Shown: positions 53,232 through 62,517 of the stretch, one piece after another
How positions within the stretch are numbered: the first letter of the stretch is position 1
Layout: every line of letters begins with the position of its first letter
Assembly: GCA_030527235.1 (NCBI GenBank)
Contig: JAUNBL010000001.1
Span: 10,294-74,293 of the forward strand
Length of the DNA stretch: 64,000 nt
Direction of reading: 5' to 3'
Source of the DNA: Clostridia bacterium
GTDB lineage: Bacteria > Bacillota > Clostridia > UMGS1883
Program-made: the position numbers and the translations under genes
Notes under the pieces: generated by a model
Database searches by the model: none
What the model was told of the DNA's origin: nothing
What the model saw: the letters and a program-made list of their open reading frames with translations, nothing else

Positions 53232-53855
53232 TTAAAACCCGTTGACAATAACTCGTTTGCTCATCACCATAGCCGCAAGCTTGGTCTTGGAAGTGAAGCC
53301 TGTTTTAGACAGCATATTTCCGATATGCTTTTTCACACAATCCGATGTTACGCCGAGCTGTTCGCCCATCTCTTTATAAGTCATTCCGTCCACCAACAAA
53401 CGAAGGACATTTATTTCCGCTTCACTGAATTCATAAACAGATGCATTTCCGATTTTTACTTCCGGAGTTCTGTCAGGGTAGACAGATTCTCCGTTTACAG
53501 TCATTTCCACAACTTTCATCAGTTCCACACGGCTTATATCCTTATACCAAAGGCTGTCTGCACCGACTTCTTTTGCTCTTTTCAAATATCCGACATCCAG
53601 CATGGATGTTACAATGATAACCTTAATTCTCGGAAATTGTGCTTTTATCGCTTTTGTAGCTTCAAAGCCGCTTTCATCGTTTTCCGTGCAGACATCCATC
53701 AGCACAAGATCTACCTGCGTAGTTTTGCAGAAGGCTTTAGCAAGGCTTGCCCATGCTATAGAGCCGGCAAGCTTATACCCCTCCGTCTGATTGATGTAGT
53801 TTTCCATTGTTTCGCGCATCATACGCTGATCCTCGACTATCAATACATTTATCAT
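53232..53855 (-). CDS. NarL/LuxR-family response regulator
   Basis: 207 aa. REC domain: MINVLIVEDQ...DLVLMDV...IIVTS. HTH: SEAEINVLRLLVDGMTYKEMGEQLGVTSDCVKKHIGNMLSK. Confidence 0.85.
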   Translation of the reverse strand: MINVLIVEDQRMMRETMENYINQTEGYKLAGSIAWASLAKAFCKTTQVDLVLMDVCTENDESGFEATKAIKAQFPRIKVIIVTSMLDVGYLKRAKEVGADSLWYKDISRVELMKVVEMTVNGESVYPDRTPEVKIGNASVYEFSEAEINVLRLLVDGMTYKEMGEQLGVTSDCVKKHIGNMLSKTGFTSKTKLAAMVMSKRVIVNGF

Positions 53856-54799
53856 AGCTTTTCCTCCGTTTTAAGCGGGACTGATACCGTTAATTCAAAT
53901 TGCGGCGAGTGTTTTACCCGCATCGTTCCGCCGCACTTTTCAATGCGAAGCTTCAGTGAGGTCAAACCGCCGCCGAGCGAGATTTCGCCGTTTGGCACAG
54001 CTCCGTTATTGGTTATAACGGCAACAGCCGTATTCTCATCACCGGTAATATGCACATATAACTCTTTAGCTCCTGCATGGCGCACCGCATTGGTCATACA
54101 CTCCCGTATAGCCGCAATCAAGACTTCCCCGGCAATATCTTTCGGAAGATTTCCTTCTAAAATTATTTTAATACCTATACTGTACGCAGCGCTCATAAGC
54201 CCGGCAACGGCATCCTGTTCTTCGGAAAGCTCAATTTCATGCCTTAAAAGACTGACGACATTTTTCCATGGTATCAGATCCAATTCCTCCATTGGTCTGT
54301 TCTGTTGCAAAAAACGTCTTGCCGAAATAACGCTCCTGCCAATATCATCATGCACGCGCATTTTCATATTCAAAATTTCTTCTTCGCGTATCAGCGCTAT
54401 GGTATTTGCAAAGAGGCGGCGCATACGCTTTGCGTACTCCGCAAGGGCAATATTATCCTGTTCGAGTTCTTTTGTTTTGCTATACAATTCGGTTACATCA
54501 GAGGCTATAACCTGCGTATATATCTTATTATCCGGTGTGGTAACGGTTTCCAAAGCAAAGCGCCATGCGGTTTTGTCATCTTGTAAAAAAACTTGATTTT
54601 CTCTGCTTTTTGCAGTATTGTCATTCAAAAACTCCTGCAATTCCGACAGGCTTTGTAAATCCTTGCCCGTCAGTGCAAAGAACAAGCGATACATTTGATG
54701 ATTGCACAGCGTGAGTATGCCGTTTTTATCAAAAAAACAAATTCCGCTTGGCAGATTATCAAAGGCTTCTTTTACGGAATTTCTTATAAATCGTTTCAT
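53852..54799 (-). CDS. Soluble HisKA_3-type histidine kinase (N-terminal PAS-like domain)
   Basis: 315 aa. H-box: RVHDDIGRSV. ATPase: NAVRHAGAKELYVHI...ITNNG...GGGLTSL. There is no TM segment, and both gene ends overlap their neighbours by 4 nt. Confidence 0.8.
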   Translation of the reverse strand: MKRFIRNSVKEAFDNLPSGICFFDKNGILTLCNHQMYRLFFALTGKDLQSLSELQEFLNDNTAKSRENQVFLQDDKTAWRFALETVTTPDNKIYTQVIASDVTELYSKTKELEQDNIALAEYAKRMRRLFANTIALIREEEILNMKMRVHDDIGRSVISARRFLQQNRPMEELDLIPWKNVVSLLRHEIELSEEQDAVAGLMSAAYSIGIKIILEGNLPKDIAGEVLIAAIRECMTNAVRHAGAKELYVHITGDENTAVAVITNNGAVPNGEISLGGGLTSLKLRIEKCGGTMRVKHSPQFELTVSVPLKTEEKL

Positions 54800-56502
54800 T
54801 TGCCGTCACCTCCCGTATTCATACGAAGGGTGAGCTTCCATTCGTTATCCTCATCACGTTCCACAGTAACATTATCCGAAACAAAATCAGAAAAATCAGC
54901 GGCGGAATCCGTATTTATATTCAAAAACAAAAAACCGTCTTTTTTCCCGGCATATACGGTAATACTGCATATGTGGTCAAGAGCGCGCTCTGCGATATTT
55001 TCAAAAAAATCATACATTGCGATTATTTGATAAGCCAAAACCGGCTCTGTAAGCTCTGTGCGAAAGCCGCAGGAAAATCCGCAGACCTCCAAATTGTCCA
55101 TGGATTCTCCTATGGTCAGTACAAGCTCGTTTGCGTCAAGCGTAGAGGACTTATCTGCCAAGAAAACAAGATTGCTGCGCCGTTTTAAATAGGCGCCGAT
55201 TACCAGCATTTTTTGCAAAAGCCTTCGTTTTTCGTCACCGTCCGCTGTTTCGGCTTGCTTTATCATAGTATCCATAAGGCAAATCTGATGTGCGGTATCA
55301 TGCTGTATGATATTATAAAGCCTATCCTGCTCCATAATGTGTGCTTCTCGTTTTTTGAGCGCTTGTTCTTCTTCAAGAATTTTGTTGCTGTCCTCTAAGT
55401 TTTCTTTTGCTTCCTGCAACTCCTCCAACACTTTTAATAGCGGAGACATATCCTCTGTCCAAACCACATGACCTTTTCTTATAGGTGCGCCGGATAATCG
55501 GACGCCGCCTTGGAGCATAACCGATTCATTTTTTGTCTTTGCAAGGGTTTCCGTATCAACGTTCTTTGCCGCCACGGAGGATAGAAGTACCTGATAATCC
55601 TTATCGGTGATCTGTGCGCCTGCGGTAGAGACACAAAACAATTCCATATAGTTTGTATTCGCCTGAATAAAACCGCACTGAATGCACAGTTCAAGCGTTG
55701 CGGCATACATAAGGCAGATGACCGCCGTTACATCTCCCCAAATAACCCGCAGCCACGAAACACCGGAGTAATAGAATATCAGATACAGGAGCAAAGCGAT
55801 GATTGGAATACAAGGAACAAAAATCAGTTTTTTGCTTTCTGCAATTCTTCGCTTCTTACTCATTACATAAAGCATACTCAAAGCGCAGAAAAGCATCCAT
55901 GCAGTGACAATGTAATATCCCACACCGTAACTGTAATCATTATCCGTCCGAACTGCCGCATCTGCCGGAAATGTGAACACAAACTCATGCAGATCATTTG
56001 TGATGACCAACAGAAAAAGAAACAGTGGCGGTATGTATAAAAGCACCGCCTTCTTAGGCAAACGTGAGTCCTCTGTTTTTCCGATGGACATTGCCACATA
56101 CACTGCCAGCAGCGGAATAAAAAGCATAGAAAGGTAATACGAATACCAGAGATGCCGTACAATGCCGGGATATAGTTCTGCAGAAATGAAAAAGTATTTC
56201 AACGTTCTTATAATAAACCAGAATATCATAAGAAGTGCAATAGCAGACATATAACACCGTATCCGCGTTTGAATAATTCGATTATAGAGAGATGCACCCC
56301 ATGCGGCAAACAGTGAAATAAATATAAAGGAACGCAGAAGCCCGACTTCTGTTACATAATATCCGTTGTTGCCGATAATGCGACAGCTATAAGCTATAAG
56401 GAGCATAACTGTAACGACAAACATCATAATGGCAGTCTTATTTTTTGACTTTATCACGGCGGTCACCTCACTTTTCCGAAAATCTTTATCGCTGCCGCAC
56501 AA
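54796..56502 (-). CDS. Polytopic membrane sensor with a HisKA_3-like DHp and a degenerate ATPase domain
   Basis: 568 aa with about 8 hydrophobic segments in the first 290 aa, then a coiled coil and EQDRLYNIIQHDTAHQI (H-box-like). I saw no clear N/G boxes in the C-terminal domain. Confidence 0.6.
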   Translation of the reverse strand: MCGSDKDFRKSEVTAVIKSKNKTAIMMFVVTVMLLIAYSCRIIGNNGYYVTEVGLLRSFIFISLFAAWGASLYNRIIQTRIRCYMSAIALLMIFWFIIRTLKYFFISAELYPGIVRHLWYSYYLSMLFIPLLAVYVAMSIGKTEDSRLPKKAVLLYIPPLFLFLLVITNDLHEFVFTFPADAAVRTDNDYSYGVGYYIVTAWMLFCALSMLYVMSKKRRIAESKKLIFVPCIPIIALLLYLIFYYSGVSWLRVIWGDVTAVICLMYAATLELCIQCGFIQANTNYMELFCVSTAGAQITDKDYQVLLSSVAAKNVDTETLAKTKNESVMLQGGVRLSGAPIRKGHVVWTEDMSPLLKVLEELQEAKENLEDSNKILEEEQALKKREAHIMEQDRLYNIIQHDTAHQICLMDTMIKQAETADGDEKRRLLQKMLVIGAYLKRRSNLVFLADKSSTLDANELVLTIGESMDNLEVCGFSCGFRTELTEPVLAYQIIAMYDFFENIAERALDHICSITVYAGKKDGFLFLNINTDSAADFSDFVSDNVTVERDEDNEWKLTLRMNTGGDGK

Positions 56503-56830
56503 TTATTCATTTTAGGCTGTGCCGAAAAATAGTTAACTATAATTATTATATCATTAATTTCTCAATTTGTCCATTGACGGAATATGAGAAATTTATTATG
56601 CTTTTTTATGCACTATCGGCGATACGAATAAATTTCATTTTCGGAGTAAGATAACTTGACGTTGTCTGTTAAAGCAACAGCGGCTCGGTTTTTTTATTGT
56701 ATTTTTTAATCATGGATTGCAGCGTTTGCAAGATTCATACTGCCGGCGAAACGTCTGCTTCTTCGATAGGCTCTACCGACTTACTCGTGCAGGATATTTA
56801 TATAGAGTCAAAGGAATTAAATTGACTTAC

Positions 56831-56879
56831 AAAATGAAAAGGCAGCGAAAAGCATTGTAAAAATGCCAATCGCTGCCTT
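56831..56879 (-). terminator. Rho-independent terminator after the hydrolase gene
   Basis: AAGGCAGCG...CGCTGCCTT long hairpin, followed on the minus strand by TTTTCATTTT. Confidence 0.7.
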
Positions 56880-56884
56880 GTCTT

Positions 56885-59278
56885 TTAATACGCACTCGGT
56901 CGTGCCGCAAAGCCGAAACCGCTGTTTGTGGTTATGACAACATTGTTGTTGCTGCTTGAACAATGGATAACAAGAATATTGCCGTTTGTATCTTTTCCGG
57001 CTATAATTCCGACGTGGGATAAATCGCCGTAAAAGGCTAAATCTCCGGCTTGAGCGTTGCTCCAAGAGATACGGCTGCACTTTGCAATTTGCCCTTGCGT
57101 TCCGTGTCCGATAGAATTTGCGGAGAAACCGGAATTGATAAAGCTCCAAGTAACAAAACCCGAACAGTCAAGTCCGAAAGGTCTTTTTGTCCCGGTTGTT
57201 TTACTGCCCTCCGCCGATACTGTTTTCAGCTTGCCCCATTCTGAGTCCCAGCCGATAGCAGACGATTTACCGCCCCAAAAGTAATTCACCTTGCCTACAA
57301 GCGAGCAGGCGGCTTTTATAATTTTCTTTCGCTCCGTTGATAAACTGTCGGGTAAGTTTTTCAAAATATCCTGTGCGGTAGCGTCTGACACTGCGAGCGA
57401 CTGCGCTGCGGAAATCAGCACCTCATCTTGTTCCAAAAGCGTATCGAGCGCTTCCTGCTGCTTGCGTGTAAAATTATACTGTGAAATCATATCCTCTTTT
57501 GTTTTCACCGTAATTGTGATATACACGACTTTTTCAGACTTATCACCGCTTGCAACCGTTTCTGTGCGTGAGGTTATTTCGTGCATATCCCAAAACACAT
57601 TTTTGAGCTTTTGTTTTTTATTCTCCGTGATAACGACAACATCTTCGACCGTATCATCTTCCGCACCCGCAACCTTTGTTGCAAATACGGCGAGTACCAA
57701 GTCCCAATTTGCCTGTTCGCCGATAATTTCGCTGCGGTCGGCGGCTGCGGCATTTTCTATGTCATCGAGCTTATTTGAAAGCTCCATATTGCACTCTGCG
57801 ACAATAGCGGAAATGGGGATACTGTCATTATCCGCCGCTTCATCGGAAATGAAGATACCGAAAGGACTTGCAGCTATCGCCGCAACCACGATTACAACAA
57901 TTAAAGCGACTAACAGTACCGCCCATCCACCGAGTGCGGCAAGTGCGGAAACAATGGCTTTTGCCGCTGCCGCTACCATTTGAGCGACTTTAACTGTGAT
58001 TTTAACAGCCGCTTTTGCGGTTGCCTTTGCGGCTTGTGCAGATTTCTGAGCAACCTCTTTCGCTTGCTTGGCAGCTTGCTTTGCCGCTTTTTTCGTGATT
58101 TCCTTCTGCGTCTTTGCCGCCCGTTTAGCAGATTTAACAGCTTTTTTCTTTGCAGCTTTGCCGACATAGGAATTGCCTGTTTTTACGGCCTTATTTGTGC
58201 TTTTCAAAAGACAGTCTTTTGTTTTAACCGCCTTTTTTGTCCCGGTCGATACATTTCGGGTAACGGTATGAGTATTTTGCTTCGGCATTGTTTTTGCTCT
58301 GTGCGGTGTTTTTATGAGGTCGGACGGAGCTTTGCCGTGTGAGCGTATGTAGCTTTCCTTTGTTTTCGGCATAGATTTTGAGGGTAAAGAAGTATCAAGC
58401 ATATTTTCGAAATTGACATTTGGTGCTGACATATCACTTTTGATAAGCTCCGCATTTGTTTTTGGCAAATTCCCGTTATGTATCGGCATATCCGAAGTAT
58501 GATTTTGCCGTGCTGCTTTTTCAGCTTCAGCTTTTGTTTTCAGTTTCTCCGAAACATATTTTTTCCGTGCGTCCTTTATGGCTTGCTCTTTGGTTTTTGG
58601 AGTGGGAGCAGAGGAAAATGCGGTGTTTTCTCTTGTTTTCGGTGCAATTTCGCTCAGTTTTTGCTTGATACCGTCCTTAACTTCGGCGGTTTTGTGCTGT
58701 TTTATGTAATTAGCCTTTGTTTTAACCGTATCCGCTGATTTTTCCGGCATATCCGCTTTCTGCGACTTTATATATGCTTCTTTGGTCTTAACCTGTGCGG
58801 TAGGCTTGTTTTGCACCTTTGGAGCATTTTCGTGTGCAGATGTTTTATGCTCCGCTTGTATGCTCTCTTTTGCTTTCGGAGCATTATTAGGCTGCTTGGG
58901 TGTGTTCTGCACCTCTGAAACATTGTCATTTTGAGGTGTATGCGGTGTATCTGCGTTTTGATTTTGCCGTGTTTTCACTTGCTGACGGTGCTGCTTCAAC
59001 TTATTTTCCGCAAAATGCTTACCTTTTTGGTAAACAGTATCGACGGCGGAATAGTAGGTGTTTTCAACCTGTTCGGTTGCTTCAACTTCGGCTCGCTGCG
59101 GCTGTTCCGACTGCCGTGTATCAAGCCGCTTATCTACGATATTTTTGATAAACACATCTTTTGACACGGTTTTTATATCCTTGATAGCTTCTTTTGCAAA
59201 GCGGTCTGCGGCTTTCGGAGCGTTCTGAACAGCCTTAGTGGTTGTTTTCGGCTTTGTCTTTATATCTTTTTCGCTCAA
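56885..59278 (-). CDS. Conjugation cell-wall hydrolase (Lys/Ala-rich N-terminal region, TM segment, NlpC/P60 C-terminal domain)
   Basis: 797 aa. TM: GGWAVLLVALIVVIVVAAIAASPFGIF. C-terminus: YFWGGKS...GLDCSGFVTWSF...HVGII, which is an NlpC/P60 Cys/His pattern. Confidence 0.8.
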   Translation of the reverse strand: MSEKDIKTKPKTTTKAVQNAPKAADRFAKEAIKDIKTVSKDVFIKNIVDKRLDTRQSEQPQRAEVEATEQVENTYYSAVDTVYQKGKHFAENKLKQHRQQVKTRQNQNADTPHTPQNDNVSEVQNTPKQPNNAPKAKESIQAEHKTSAHENAPKVQNKPTAQVKTKEAYIKSQKADMPEKSADTVKTKANYIKQHKTAEVKDGIKQKLSEIAPKTRENTAFSSAPTPKTKEQAIKDARKKYVSEKLKTKAEAEKAARQNHTSDMPIHNGNLPKTNAELIKSDMSAPNVNFENMLDTSLPSKSMPKTKESYIRSHGKAPSDLIKTPHRAKTMPKQNTHTVTRNVSTGTKKAVKTKDCLLKSTNKAVKTGNSYVGKAAKKKAVKSAKRAAKTQKEITKKAAKQAAKQAKEVAQKSAQAAKATAKAAVKITVKVAQMVAAAAKAIVSALAALGGWAVLLVALIVVIVVAAIAASPFGIFISDEAADNDSIPISAIVAECNMELSNKLDDIENAAAADRSEIIGEQANWDLVLAVFATKVAGAEDDTVEDVVVITENKKQKLKNVFWDMHEITSRTETVASGDKSEKVVYITITVKTKEDMISQYNFTRKQQEALDTLLEQDEVLISAAQSLAVSDATAQDILKNLPDSLSTERKKIIKAACSLVGKVNYFWGGKSSAIGWDSEWGKLKTVSAEGSKTTGTKRPFGLDCSGFVTWSFINSGFSANSIGHGTQGQIAKCSRISWSNAQAGDLAFYGDLSHVGIIAGKDTNGNILVIHCSSSNNNVVITTNSGFGFAARPSAY

Positions 59279-59296
59279 AGTATATCACCTCCGGCG

Positions 59297-59782
59297 TTAT
59301 TTTTTACTCTTTTTATCCTTATACATTTTCTCATCGGCACGACAGATTATATCGTCAATGCTTTTACTGTATTTTTCGTGGAATCTTGAATACCCTATCG
59401 AAACAGACAGGTTATACAGCTTTTCATTGTTGATAAAGTATATCGTGTCCTTAAATTGCGATATATACGGCAGCACATTGCTTTCGGATATGCAGACAAA
59501 TTCATCACCGCCGATACGGAAAATGTCAGCCTTTAATCCGATAGTATCCCGGAGAGCCTTTGCAACGGTCTTTATTGCGTCATCACCGCAAAAATGCCCG
59601 TAGTTGTCGTTTATCTCTTTCAAGCCGTTTACATCGACAACAATAACCGTAATGCGTGAAATGTTTGCGTTAGGCTTTCGGAGCTTTTTTAAGCGTTCCT
59701 CATAAGCGTTGCGATTTTGCACTTCGGTCATACTGTCGGTATAGGCAAGCTCAAATAATTTTTCTGTCATTTTATTTTTCAT
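59297..59782 (-). CDS. Stand-alone GGDEF-domain protein (putative diguanylate cyclase)
   Basis: I prefer ATG 59782, which has AAGGAGG upstream. DSMTEVQNRNAYEERL...VIVVDVNGLKEINDNYGHFCGDDAIK...RIGGDEFVCI. There is no sensor domain, and I saw no RxxD I-site 5 residues upstream of GGDEF. Confidence 0.75.
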   Translation of the reverse strand: MKNKMTEKLFELAYTDSMTEVQNRNAYEERLKKLRKPNANISRITVIVVDVNGLKEINDNYGHFCGDDAIKTVAKALRDTIGLKADIFRIGGDEFVCISESNVLPYISQFKDTIYFINNEKLYNLSVSIGYSRFHEKYSKSIDDIICRADEKMYKDKKSKK

Positions 59783-59840
59783 AGCGTCCTCCTTGCAAAA
59801 ATTCAGCGGCGGAGTTTTTTCTGCTCCGCCGCATATAATA

Positions 59841-62186
59841 TTACTGCTCATTAATTTTTGTCGACATCAGTTTATAGAGTTCCGTATCGGTCGGAAACTC
59901 ATTGATAAACGGCACAATGGAACCGCCGACCTTGATAAGTCCCCGTCCTGCTCCGGCATTGGTGATGTAGCTCATCTGCGTATCGGATATGGATAAAAGC
60001 TCCGACAGGTCTTTTCTGTCGGACGGCGCTTGATTTAAGAGCAGCAGAAATTCGCTGTTTGAAAGCATACCTCTTGCCGTTTCGTTTAACAGGCAGTCGG
60101 AAATGTTCTGTGTGATACCTGTCAAGAGTCCGCCATATTTTCTAAACCGCTTCCAACACTTCAAAAGAAAATCTGCACTGTACGGATTTTTGAAATACAA
60201 ATGTGCTTCATCGACATAAACACGGGTGTATTTGCCACGCCGTCTGTTTGCCATAACACGGTTGAAAATATTATCGAGCATAATCAAAAGTCCGATAGAC
60301 TTCATCTGTTCGCCAAGCTCCAAAATGTCATAAGCAACAATGCGGTTATTGGTGTTAACATCGCTCTGATGTGCAAATGCGTCAAGCGAGCCTGTTGTAA
60401 ATATTTCAAGCGACAGAGCAAGGTCTTGTGCTTCGTCCTCCGGCTGACGGAGTAATTCGTTGCGGAAGTCAACCAAAGTAGGCATATATTCCAATTTGCC
60501 GCTTAAATATTCGCCGTAAACCTTAATGGCACAACGGTCAATGATAGATTTGTCCTTTGCACCTACACCGCCGCCGAGTCTTGAATCATTGCTTTTGAGT
60601 AATTGGTCAAACAAAGAAATCAAAAACTCCGATTTTATCGACACGGGGTTTTCGTCCATATCAATATCATTATTTATTTCAAGTGCATTGATATGGTTTT
60701 TTGACGATGCGGAAAGTGTGATAACCTCACCGCCGAGATTTCGTATGAGTGAGCCGTATTCACGCTCAACATCTATGACGATAATATCATCATTTGAAAA
60801 CAGAGCCGACATCAGAATTTCCATTTTTGCCGCAAATGATTTACCCGATCCGGACACACCGAGAATAAAGCCGTTTCCGTTCAGCAGTAATTTTCTGTTG
60901 CACATCAAAAGGTTATGGGAAATAGCGTTAATGCCGTAATACAAACCGCCCTTGTCGATTATTTCTTGTGTTTTGTACGGTGATAAAACCGCCGTACTTT
61001 CGGTCGTGAGTGTTCGCATTGCCTTTATATTCAGAGTTCCGAAAGGTAATACCGTCTGCATACCGTCCTCCTGCTGATATTTCAGCGTTGCAAAATTGCA
61101 GAGGTGTTTTCTGCCTATTGACATCAGCGTTTCGGTATCGTTATCGAGCTGCTCCAAGCTGTCGGCAATGTGCAATAGCGTAACCGTTACAAACATCATT
61201 CGCTGGTCACGGGTAGTTAAATCGTCAAGAAATTCTTTGATTTCTTTTCGCATTTGCTCCATTTCATACGGAATGTTTGCGGAAAAGTTATTGTTTTCGT
61301 TCTGCTTCTGCTGCCATTTGGTTATATCCGTTTCAATGGCGAGCAGTTTTTTCTGAACTATCTTAACCGCCTCATCAGTCGGTATCGGCTGAATTGTGAT
61401 AGAGAGCATCATACTCCGTGAAAAGTCGGTTAATTCTGAAATCATACTGTCTTTTAGGAAAGAGGGATATTCCTTTAAGAAAACCGTTCTTGCGTATTTA
61501 TCGCCGATTTTTATATAGTCTTTCTTAAATTCCAAGCTGTCGGGTGCAATGTAGTCTTTGAAATCCGCACCTTTCGCCATAGCTTTTTTGAGGTCAAAAT
61601 CAAATTCTTCATTTTCGCCTGTTTTGAAGAAGTCATTAAAAATGCGAAGCCTGTCCTTGTAACCAAGCTCCGCTATTTTTGACGATATTTTCGCATAATC
61701 GGCTGTGAGGTCATTTCCCACACGGGTGAAAAATGTCCGAGCCTCCTCGATGTTTTTCTTTTCGGTTGCAACCGTAATATATTTCTCGTGTACGATATTG
61801 TTGCTTTCCGACATCTTATCACAGAGTATGCCGTTGAGTTCTTTTGTGTATTTTCTGTAATTCGGGTTATCGGACGGTGTTGTGATTTGCTCAAATACCT
61901 TGTTGTGAAGCTGTCGGTTATATATCGTGATTTCAGCCATAGCGTCTGTCGGAAGTCCGTTAAGAATTGCAGAGTGGGCAAGGAACATTTGCAGCTGGTC
62001 ATCATCTGAAGCTACGGCATAGTTTATGTCCGAGAATTTCCACGACTTTGAAAACAGCCGTCCCGTCCGAAAAATGCCGTCTTTGTATATCGCATCAATG
62101 GGTATCGACTGCTGAACCGTCCTTGCAATTTTTCTTTTTTGCTTTTTTATTCGGTTTTTTCTTCCGAACAGATTTAGCATTGCCAT
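59841..62186 (-). CDS. VirB4/TcpF-type conjugation ATPase
   Basis: 781 aa. Walker A: GVSGSGKSF. Walker B-like: RVYVDEAH. Confidence 0.85.
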   Translation of the reverse strand: MAMLNLFGRKNRIKKQKRKIARTVQQSIPIDAIYKDGIFRTGRLFSKSWKFSDINYAVASDDDQLQMFLAHSAILNGLPTDAMAEITIYNRQLHNKVFEQITTPSDNPNYRKYTKELNGILCDKMSESNNIVHEKYITVATEKKNIEEARTFFTRVGNDLTADYAKISSKIAELGYKDRLRIFNDFFKTGENEEFDFDLKKAMAKGADFKDYIAPDSLEFKKDYIKIGDKYARTVFLKEYPSFLKDSMISELTDFSRSMMLSITIQPIPTDEAVKIVQKKLLAIETDITKWQQKQNENNNFSANIPYEMEQMRKEIKEFLDDLTTRDQRMMFVTVTLLHIADSLEQLDNDTETLMSIGRKHLCNFATLKYQQEDGMQTVLPFGTLNIKAMRTLTTESTAVLSPYKTQEIIDKGGLYYGINAISHNLLMCNRKLLLNGNGFILGVSGSGKSFAAKMEILMSALFSNDDIIVIDVEREYGSLIRNLGGEVITLSASSKNHINALEINNDIDMDENPVSIKSEFLISLFDQLLKSNDSRLGGGVGAKDKSIIDRCAIKVYGEYLSGKLEYMPTLVDFRNELLRQPEDEAQDLALSLEIFTTGSLDAFAHQSDVNTNNRIVAYDILELGEQMKSIGLLIMLDNIFNRVMANRRRGKYTRVYVDEAHLYFKNPYSADFLLKCWKRFRKYGGLLTGITQNISDCLLNETARGMLSNSEFLLLLNQAPSDRKDLSELLSISDTQMSYITNAGAGRGLIKVGGSIVPFINEFPTDTELYKLMSTKINEQ

Positions 62187-62517
62187 TGTTAAGTTCCTCC
62201 TTTATCATTTCATAAAGATAATTCGTGCTTTCAAATTTTCGCACTCCGGCAGCGAGAAATTCGGACCTAAACCACGCTCCGACAAATTCTTCAAAGTTCA
62301 TACCGTTGTATTTGAAAAAGCCGGTAACAGCAATAGGTGCTGCCGCCACAATACAAAGCCAAGATACCGTTTCCTTGTCGATATAGTTTTTAAGTCCGAA
62401 ATATATCCCGACAGCGGCTCCGACCGCTGCTACCGAACAGATAAACTGCCTTGTGGACAGTCCGAAAAACAGGCTTTCGTGATAGTCTTTAATTTCCTTA
62501 TTGATTCTTATCTCCAA
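62095..62517 (-). CDS. PrgI-like small conjugation membrane protein
   Basis: 140 aa. IKDYHESLFFGLSTRQFICSVAAVGAAVGIYF plus a second TM segment. The basic tail overlaps the VirB4 ORF by 92 nt. Confidence 0.6.
   Translation of the reverse strand: MEIRINKEIKDYHESLFFGLSTRQFICSVAAVGAAVGIYFGLKNYIDKETVSWLCIVAAAPIAVTGFFKYNGMNFEEFVGAWFRSEFLAAGVRKFESTNYLYEMIKEELNNGNAKSVRKKKPNKKAKKKNCKDGSAVDTH

Noticed and set aside
53325-54596. 423-aa plus-strand ORF
   Set aside because: It is antisense to the well-supported response-regulator and histidine-kinase genes. It is low-complexity (Ser/Phe/Ile-rich), with no RBS and no motifs.
56555-56585. Possible third copy of the operator (TTGTCCATTGACGG) upstream of the sensor-kinase operon
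   Set aside because: Only one half-site resembles TTATCCA. The second half and the flanking block are not conserved, so the evidence is too weak to call.
57291-57983. 230-aa plus-strand ORF and neighbouring plus-strand ORFs in 57.0-59.6 kb
   Set aside because: They are antisense to the NlpC/P60 hydrolase and GGDEF genes, Ser/Cys/Phe-rich, and without start signals.
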